Virus record (IMG/VR): IMGVR_UViG_3300030061_002970
DNA from: a virus
DNA length: 64,000 nt
Reading direction: 5' to 3' (one strand)
In this document: in pieces, positions 58,669-64,000 of the stretch
Layout: every line of letters begins with the position of its first letter
Numbering within the stretch: the stretch's first letter is position 1
The notes under the pieces: generated by a model
What the model saw: only the letters and a program-made list of their open reading frames with translations
Told to the model about the DNA's origin: nothing
The model's database searches: none
Position numbers and translations under genes: made by a program

Positions 58669-59589
58669 ATGTCAATTAAAAATACAGTATTAGCTTCAAG
58701 TCCGGATTTAAATAAAATCATAGAAAAAGCAGTGAAAAGAATTGGTGAAAATCATTCACTAGCTAGAGATAATAAAGGTGTGGAAATGAAACCAGCTGAA
58801 ATAGAAGAAGATAGAAAAGAATGGAGAAAATCTGAGGTTATAGAAGAATCTTTAAAAGCTGTTGCTGATGAAATGGCAGAAAAAATGGTATTAGAGAATA
58901 CAATAGATAACATGGTAAAAGATGTACTAAAAGACGAAAATAAAAATAGTGCAAAAAAAGAATTAAAAATAGAAGAGGGAACTAAGAGTGTGATTAAAAA
59001 ATTAATAAATAAAAAATTAAATAATATATCCGAAGCTAGTAAAGTACCTGGGTACGATGCTTATGAAAAAGCTGTTAAAAAATCTAAAAATCAAAATGAC
59101 ACAGCTATGAAAGATACTAAAAAGAAATTTAAAGAGTACGAAACTTTTGAAGGAGGTGAAAGTCCAGATTTCCCACACCAGGAAAACTCAAAAACTAACG
59201 CTGACGGACAATTTCAGTACTACAGAAATAATGAAGAGTCTGATGAATTTATAGAAGATTTTGGGTATCCAGGATTGATAGACTTTGACATTAATAATTT
59301 AAATATGGAAAAATTAGTAGACTATTTAGAAGGTTCATCTGAAACAGGAAATGCACAAACCGATAAGGATGGGAACGCGTTAGGTAACGTGGTACCAAGT
59401 GACCTAGGTGAAAAAATGATAAAATCATCAGAAAGAAGAAAGAAAAAAATAGCTGATGAAAAAGATTCAATGACAAATTTAAGAGGTTACACACCAGATG
59501 TACAAAAAGTAAAACAAGTAAAGGAAGGTGTAGGCTCGGATATAGAAGAAATGAAAAAATTGTGGGCATATAATAAAAAGACACAATAA
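58669..59589 (+). CDS. putative internal head/scaffold-like protein
   Basis: Charged, helical, many h-x-E sites; YLEGSSETGN; ends MKKLWAYNKKTQ. Confidence 0.5.
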   Translation: MSIKNTVLASSPDLNKIIEKAVKRIGENHSLARDNKGVEMKPAEIEEDRKEWRKSEVIEESLKAVADEMAEKMVLENTIDNMVKDVLKDENKNSAKKELKIEEGTKSVIKKLINKKLNNISEASKVPGYDAYEKAVKKSKNQNDTAMKDTKKKFKEYETFEGGESPDFPHQENSKTNADGQFQYYRNNEESDEFIEDFGYPGLIDFDINNLNMEKLVDYLEGSSETGNAQTDKDGNALGNVVPSDLGEKMIKSSERRKKKIADEKDSMTNLRGYTPDVQKVKQVKEGVGSDIEEMKKLWAYNKKTQ

Positions 59590-59638
59590 ATCTATTTACC
59601 AACCAATCTCTATACCTATCTTTAAAATAGCAAAAGAT

Positions 59639-60112
59639 ATGGAAAGAAGAAGATTATTACCTGAAGAATTTTTAAATTATGTGACTAAAACTATTAGTCC
59701 TGAAGAAACACGCATATGGGTTAAGGTCAATAATATTAATACAGAAAAAACAGAATTATTCTTTGACTTAATAATATCTTTATTCTATCTTATAGAAGAA
59801 ACATATTTGGGAAAAGACGTAATAAAAAATGAAGAACAACAAGAAGGACATTTTTTATGGTGTTGGAATAAAACATTAGAAAATTTTAAAAAAGAAAACA
59901 TTAACTTTAAAGATAAGGGGGAACACTATAACTATTTTTATAACTTCTTCTACGAAGGGTTCTATAATAATGAAATAGATGAGAAAATCCCCAAACTAAA
60001 AAAATTTTTAGAAGAATTATTCCAACTATATAAATTAAAAACAGAGTCTGAATTAGATATGTTAGCAGAAATTTATAAGATATTAGAAAATAACTTGACT
60101 GTTAATAAATAA
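59639..60112 (+). CDS. hypothetical protein
   Basis: 157-aa ORF; TTTACC-N16-TATCTTTA upstream (59595-59624). Confidence 0.65.
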   Translation: MERRRLLPEEFLNYVTKTISPEETRIWVKVNNINTEKTELFFDLIISLFYLIEETYLGKDVIKNEEQQEGHFLWCWNKTLENFKKENINFKDKGEHYNYFYNFFYEGFYNNEIDEKIPKLKKFLEELFQLYKLKTESELDMLAEIYKILENNLTVNK

Positions 60113-60125
60113 TTTTTTAAAATTA
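60095..60125 (+). promoter_or_regulatory. TTGACT-N17-TAAAAT promoter, predicted leaderless mRNA
   Basis: -35 at 60095-100, -10 at 60118-23, ATG at 60130. Confidence 0.62.
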
Positions 60126-60129
60126 AAAT

Positions 60130-60345
60130 ATGAGAATACTTAATATAATTAGTAATGAGTTAATTATTGAAAAACAAAAATTAGAAAATGATTTGGAGAG
60201 AGTTTTAAATAATACTGAACTTTCTACTGAAAAAGTAGTTGACCAATCAATAGAACTATTAAATAAACTAACACAAGTTAGTAATACAATATTAACTTGG
60301 GAGTCGTACATAAATAAAGAAAAAGAAGAAAATAAAAAAAATTAA
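60130..60345 (+). CDS. small coiled-coil hypothetical protein
   Basis: 71-aa ORF after the promoter. Confidence 0.6.
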   Translation: MRILNIISNELIIEKQKLENDLERVLNNTELSTEKVVDQSIELLNKLTQVSNTILTWESYINKEKEENKKN

Positions 60346-60346
60346 T

Positions 60347-60520
60347 ATGGAAACATTAACACAATTAGAAACACTAGTAACGTCTATTAAAGTAGACGCT
60401 GAAAAATTTTTTGACAAAAAAAATAAAAGTGCTGGAATCAGAGCTAGAAAATCTGCACAAGAATTAAAAGCGGTACTACAAACTTTAAGAAAAGAAATAT
60501 TAGAAGAAAGTAAAAAATAA
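60347..60520 (+). CDS. histone H1-like protein (Hc1 N-terminal-domain family); not in the ORF track
   Basis: Manual translation METLTQLETLVTSIKVDAEKFFDKKNKSAGIRARKSAQELKAVLQTLRKEILEESKK* contains the D..KF…NK.AG.RARK…L…R signature. Confidence 0.8.
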   Translation: METLTQLETLVTSIKVDAEKFFDKKNKSAGIRARKSAQELKAVLQTLRKEILEESKK

Positions 60521-60700
60521 ATGAATAGTTGGATTTATACTTTAATGTTTATATTTTCTCTACTGGTAATCGGTAGAAATATTTTTTTAGTTGTGACTAA
60601 ATTATTTTCAGCTGAACCGTCACCCTACAAAATAAACTATGTAGAATTACTACTATTGGGTATTTGTGTATCCTATTCATTAACATTCATCATACATTAA
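60521..60700 (+). CDS. small two-TM membrane protein (59 aa); not in the ORF track
   Basis: MNSWIYTLMFIFSLLVIG…LLLLGICVSYSLTFIIH*; exactly fills the gap, abutting both neighbours. Confidence 0.7.
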   Translation: MNSWIYTLMFIFSLLVIGRNIFLVVTKLFSAEPSPYKINYVELLLLGICVSYSLTFIIH

Positions 60701-61168
60701 ATGACTTTATACGAACAAATATCAAAATTAGGTGGGTACTTCAATAGCCTTAGATTACATGAAGGTCTATTAGTAGTGGACTTAAAGCTACCTATAGAAT
60801 GGAAAGTAAAAGAAATAGTAGGTAGTAGAGGAAATAAAATACAACTACAAGAAGGTAGTAAAAGTAAAACACAAAAAATAATTTCATTTTTTTCTTCTTT
60901 TGACGAACAAGAAAGTGAAATATTAGAGGAAGAAGTTTTAGCTGTGATAAAATGGAATAAGGAAAGAGAAGAAAAACAATTACTACTACAACAAAAAATG
61001 GTAGAGCTAGAAAAAGTTTTTCATGAAAATGATATAAATTCTTTAAGAAATTTAGATATAAATTTTAAAACAAGTATGTTAAATTTAAATGGAGAAACAA
61101 AAATTGAGCCGTTGGTTAGAGAAGGAAATGGAGAAGGACCAGAAGGAAATACTTCACCACAAGAATAA
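60701..61168 (+). CDS. hypothetical protein
   Basis: 155-aa ORF; DLKLPIEW, WNKEREEKQ.LL. Confidence 0.65.
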   Translation: MTLYEQISKLGGYFNSLRLHEGLLVVDLKLPIEWKVKEIVGSRGNKIQLQEGSKSKTQKIISFFSSFDEQESEILEEEVLAVIKWNKEREEKQLLLQQKMVELEKVFHENDINSLRNLDINFKTSMLNLNGETKIEPLVREGNGEGPEGNTSPQE

Positions 61169-61277
61169 AATAATCAACCAAATAAAAAAAGAAGGTGTAA
61201 AAGGAATCATACCTATACCTAAACCTAAAAAACAAAATGGAATATGGAAGAAAATCAAAAAGTTTTTAGGTATTTAG
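61089..61277 (+). CDS. small hypothetical protein
   Basis: 62 aa, ends in amphipathic WKKIKKFLGI; overlaps both neighbours. Confidence 0.5.
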   Translation: MEKQKLSRWLEKEMEKDQKEILHHKNKIINQIKKEGVKGIIPIPKPKKQNGIWKKIKKFLGI

Positions 61278-61477
61278 GTGAATGTGCTACTATAGCTGAA
61301 AAACTAGAAAAAGAAAATTTATTTACCTCCTCAAAAGTTACACTATCCACAAATTCAAAAAATTATTTAGAAATAATTAAAGAAATAGAAGATTTTGTTA
61401 AAATGCGTATAAATAGAGAACAACCAACTATATCCCTAACAATAGGTAGGACAGAGTTTATATTTAATAAAGACTAA
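61244..61477 (+). CDS. small hypothetical protein
   Basis: 77-aa ORF converging with the minus-strand gene. Confidence 0.55.
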   Translation: MEENQKVFRYLGECATIAEKLEKENLFTSSKVTLSTNSKNYLEIIKEIEDFVKMRINREQPTISLTIGRTEFIFNKD

Positions 61478-62109
61478 TAAGTGAATTGTTTCCTCAAAAA
61501 TTCTCTACTGTAACCCTCACCAACCAATAAATCATAAAGTTGTTTACGTTGTACTGTATTGGTATCTGAAACAAATAAACAATCATATCTACCACTATCT
61601 AAGAATTCCAGTTCTATAATTCTTAATAACCTAGTGGAATCAGCAATTGTTTTTAAACTAAAAACATTAAATACCTCATCTTTTTGTATTATAAATTTAT
61701 TGTTTAAAGTGAAAACTTGTTTAAAATCTTTAGAAGATAAGTAAGAATCCACTAAATCACCAAAAGAAATTTTACTCTTTGTTGTGTGATTATAAATCAT
61801 CTCCTCCTTCCAGTAAGGTAATAATTTAATTATGTTGTAACTAGATTCACCTAAAGTAATCTTTTTATTTCTACCTAGTTCATCTTTAACAAAGATACTT
61901 TCTTTTGCTGTCTCAGTTGTTATTATAGACAACTCAAACATAACTTTCTTACGGGAAATATATTCTGTTACGAATTTAGGCTTTTTTTCTCCGATAAGTT
62001 TATTATATTTGTTTAAAATACTTTTTTTACTATTTGAAGAAAAGAAGACTTTACTCCTTTCTCCATTTTTAAATAAAACTATTTTGTATTTATTACGATT
62101 ATAACTCAT
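61474..62109 (-). CDS. hypothetical protein (211 aa)
   Basis: Only long ORF here; A/T strand skew flips over this interval. Confidence 0.75.
   Translation of the reverse strand: MSYNRNKYKIVLFKNGERSKVFFSSNSKKSILNKYNKLIGEKKPKFVTEYISRKKVMFELSIITTETAKESIFVKDELGRNKKITLGESSYNIIKLLPYWKEEMIYNHTTKSKISFGDLVDSYLSSKDFKQVFTLNNKFIIQKDEVFNVFSLKTIADSTRLLRIIELEFLDSGRYDCLFVSDTNTVQRKQLYDLLVGEGYSREFLRKQFTY
62087..62093 (+). promoter_or_regulatory. TATTTAT motif for dnaJ, embedded in the antisense gene
   Basis: 23 nt before the ATG at 62110. Confidence 0.5.
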
Positions 62110-63117
62110 ATGAATAAAGATTACTATAAAACTCTAAATATAAATAGAAATGCGACTCAAGATGAGGTAAAAAAGTCATTTCGTAATTTATCGAAACAAC
62201 ATCACCCAGATAAGGGTGGTGATGAAAATATTTTTAAAGAAATATCCGAAGCGTACGACACACTAGGTGACCCAACTAAAAGACAGGACTACAACCATAA
62301 ATTAGATAACCCTTTTAGTAATGGTGGGGATGTAAATATGGAAGATGTTTTCAATAACTTTTTTAGGCAAAATCAACAACGTAGACAAGTTAGGAGGGGT
62401 AAGAATTTAAGTATACCATTAACAGTATCTTTAGATGATGTATTTTTTGGTAGAGTAAAAAAGTTACGTTACAATAGAAATGTAAATTGTGACGGTTGTA
62501 ATGGTGGGGGTGGTCAAACCAAACCTTGTGGGCACTGTCACGGTAGAGGTATATTAGAACAAGCGGTTGGTAATGCTTTTTTTAGACAAATAAGACAAGT
62601 ACAATGCCCAAACTGTAGTGGTAAAGGTAAAATATTATTAAATGCTTGTGGTAAATGTGGTGGTGTTGGAAAAAATAAAAAAGAAAATACTATAGATTTT
62701 GAAATACCTAAAAACCTAATGACAGGTCAAGTGTATACTTTTAGGGGTATGGGGGAAGAAATAGAAAATGGACACCCAGGAGACCTACAAATACAAGTGG
62801 TTATTGCTAGACATAGTGATTTTAAAATATCTGATAGAGACTTAATTTATGAACCAGAAATTAGCATTTTAGATTTACTATTAGGTAGAATTGTAGAAAT
62901 ACCCTATTTTGGTGGTTATATAAATACTAATATTCCACCATGTAGTTCACCAAACACTTCATTTAAGGTTGGTGGTAAAGGACTTTTAAAAAGCAACGGG
63001 TTAAACGGTGACATCTTAGTCAAACCAATAATTAAAATGCCTACAAGATTAACTAAACAAGAAGAAGACATATTAAGGAATTTATATAATTCAGAAAACT
63101 TTATAAGAGGGATATAA
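62110..63117 (+). CDS. dnaJ: DnaJ (type I) co-chaperone
   Basis: DYY..L…HHPDKGGD J-domain, four CxxCxGxG repeats, GDL.I C-terminal domain. Confidence 0.92.
   Translation: MNKDYYKTLNINRNATQDEVKKSFRNLSKQHHPDKGGDENIFKEISEAYDTLGDPTKRQDYNHKLDNPFSNGGDVNMEDVFNNFFRQNQQRRQVRRGKNLSIPLTVSLDDVFFGRVKKLRYNRNVNCDGCNGGGGQTKPCGHCHGRGILEQAVGNAFFRQIRQVQCPNCSGKGKILLNACGKCGGVGKNKKENTIDFEIPKNLMTGQVYTFRGMGEEIENGHPGDLQIQVVIARHSDFKISDRDLIYEPEISILDLLLGRIVEIPYFGGYINTNIPPCSSPNTSFKVGGKGLLKSNGLNGDILVKPIIKMPTRLTKQEEDILRNLYNSENFIRGI
62140..62146 (-). promoter_or_regulatory. TATTTAT motif (minus strand) for the 62109 gene, embedded in dnaJ
   Basis: ATAAATA on +; 37 nt before the minus-strand ATG. Confidence 0.45.
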
Positions 63118-63319
63118 TAAATTTTATTACAGTTATATAACCTATAATCATAGGTATGAAACCAAATACTATCACAGTAAATCTTTCCCCAGGACTTACC
63201 TGTCCCAAAGTCTTATCGTATACTTGTTCTTCCATAGTTCTAGAAGCATTTAGAAGGTTTTTTTGAATCCTACCAGCTTCGTTCATTATTTTTTTTGATT
63301 TACATGATTTACAAGACAT
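63101..63319 (-). CDS. small protein with N-terminal CxxC and a C-terminal TM
   Basis: MSCKSCKSK…FTVIVFGFIPMIIGYITVIKFII; preceded by a minus-strand TATTTAT. Confidence 0.65.
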   Translation of the reverse strand: MSCKSCKSKKIMNEAGRIQKNLLNASRTMEEQVYDKTLGQVSPGERFTVIVFGFIPMIIGYITVIKFIISLL

Positions 63320-63337
63320 TTTATTTTTTCTTTAAAC

Positions 63338-63344
63338 ATAAATA
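63338..63344 (-). promoter_or_regulatory. TATTTAT putative late promoter (minus strand)
   Basis: ATAAATA on +; 25 nt before the minus-strand ATG at 63319. Confidence 0.6.
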
Positions 63345-63369
63345 GTAAAATTTAACAAGTAAATAAAAC

Positions 63370-63400
63370 TTGAAATTCACATCAAAATATATTATTATTT
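63370..63400 (+). promoter_or_regulatory. TTGAAA-N17-TATTAT promoter, predicted leaderless mRNA
   Basis: -35 at 63370-75, -10 at 63393-98, ATG at 63405. Confidence 0.58.
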
Positions 63401-63404
63401 TACC

Positions 63405-64000
63405 ATGGGAGAACAAACAACAATATTTGATATTATAGAAGAAGAAGACATTTTTGATTTTGATGGTAATAAACAAAATCTTATAGATAATCTAGACATG
63501 CTTAAAGAAATGTCGGTAGAAGAACAAACACTTTATAAAAAGTGGCAAGAAATGAATAAGGGTGGTAAGATGGCCAAGGTAAAAAATAAATTATATAATT
63601 ACCGAACAAATCTATGGGTACCATCAGATTTAAATGACTTAAACCACACCATAAAACAAATTGAAGATTTAGAACCTTATGTTGAAATGGCAACACCAGG
63701 AAAAGGTGTTACCGAATGGGTAAACTATCGTAAACTCATCCATACAATGGAATGGGTTGCAAATCCTGGACGTAATATGAAATTCTGGGTAAGAGATAGG
63801 AAAACTAACAAAGTCCTTGGTTTGATTTGTTTAGGGTCTGATGTTACCAGTATTAAAGTTAGAGATGCCTACATAGGGTGGGATAAAACAAATAAATTTG
63901 ACCAACACAAACTAAATAATACAGCGATAGCTACTACAATATGTTCGACCCAACCAGGAGGGTATAATATGTTAATGGGGAAGTTAGTTGCCGCATTAAC
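63405..64000 (+). CDS. Druantia DruA / DUF4338-like protein, truncated by the window end; not in the ORF track
   Basis: Manual translation includes NPGRNMKFWVRD…LGLICLGSDV.SI.VRDAYIGW…QPGGYNMLMGKLVAAL. Confidence 0.7.
   Translation, partial: MGEQTTIFDIIEEEDIFDFDGNKQNLIDNLDMLKEMSVEEQTLYKKWQEMNKGGKMAKVKNKLYNYRTNLWVPSDLNDLNHTIKQIEDLEPYVEMATPGKGVTEWVNYRKLIHTMEWVANPGRNMKFWVRDRKTNKVLGLICLGSDVTSIKVRDAYIGWDKTNKFDQHKLNNTAIATTICSTQPGGYNMLMGKLVAAL

Noticed and set aside
61089-61277. Long gene overlaps (80 and 34 nt) as deliberate dual coding
   Set aside because: Plausibly just C-terminal extensions in a compact genome; no further signal.
1181-63696. Most minus-strand and nested short ORFs in the track (e.g. 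2851-3210, 21485-21901, 51108-51536, 51720-52262, 63502-63696)
   Set aside because: They are antisense or alternate-frame shadows of long, motif-bearing genes, with biased composition and no promoter or start context.
1-64000. Stop-codon reassignment (TAG/TGA recoding as in some large phages)
   Set aside because: Code 11 gives near-complete coding density; TAG and TGA end genes at normal junctions, and read-through at 16197 or 57060 would be out of frame with the next gene.
1-64000. Eukaryotic giant virus or cellular origin suggested by the Cys-rich proteins and DnaJ
   Set aside because: gp25, baseplate wedge, gp32/UvsX/gp41/gp46/47-like genes, bacterial sigma70 and operonic overlaps indicate a tailed bacteriophage.

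Overview
This window is a dense, AT-rich, almost entirely +strand segment of a large (jumbo-type) contractile-tailed dsDNA phage using the standard genetic code. The host is most likely a Bacteroidota/Flavobacteriia bacterium. Evidence: no Shine-Dalgarno sites but A-rich start contexts, a Bacteroidota-type sigma70, an SprB-like repeat, an Hc1 'histone H1'-like protein, a DUF6576-like tail and a Q-rule signal peptide. Layout: (1) 0.1-7.7 kb, T4-like replication/recombination (gp32-like SSB, RecA/UvsX, SlyD, 5'-3' exonuclease, DnaB/gp41 helicase, class II RNR). (2) 7.7-43.7 kb, baseplate/tail module (gp25, gp6/J-like wedge, many large Ser/Thr/Gly/Cys-rich proteins, a 2649-aa cysteine-rich modular protein followed by a nucleotidyltransferase, tail-collar-like paralogues, one with a dockerin). 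(3) 43.7-54.7 kb, RuvC-like resolvase, primase, PD-(D/E)XK nuclease, a ParB-membrane fusion, Mre11/Rad50 separated by a DegT aminotransferase + GT2 cassette, a glutaredoxin-like protein and the sigma factor. (4) 54.7-64 kb, putative lysis/membrane genes, probable head proteins, Hc1, DnaJ and a truncated DruA/DUF4338-like gene. The most notable signals are the giant Cys-rich modular protein with its apparently split-off C-terminus, a three-tier promoter system (TTGA-N17-TAnnnT with leaderless geometry, a TATTTAT late motif, a complex control region before the sigma gene), an RNA-switch-like nested hairpin around a late motif, back-to-back start codons with mutually embedded promoters, a pervasive [ST]-[GA]-x-[ST] motif in virion proteins, and apparent GATC avoidance. 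All family assignments come from motif recognition by eye, not from database searches. No rRNA, tRNA, CRISPR array, reverse transcriptase, intron or transposase was recognised.
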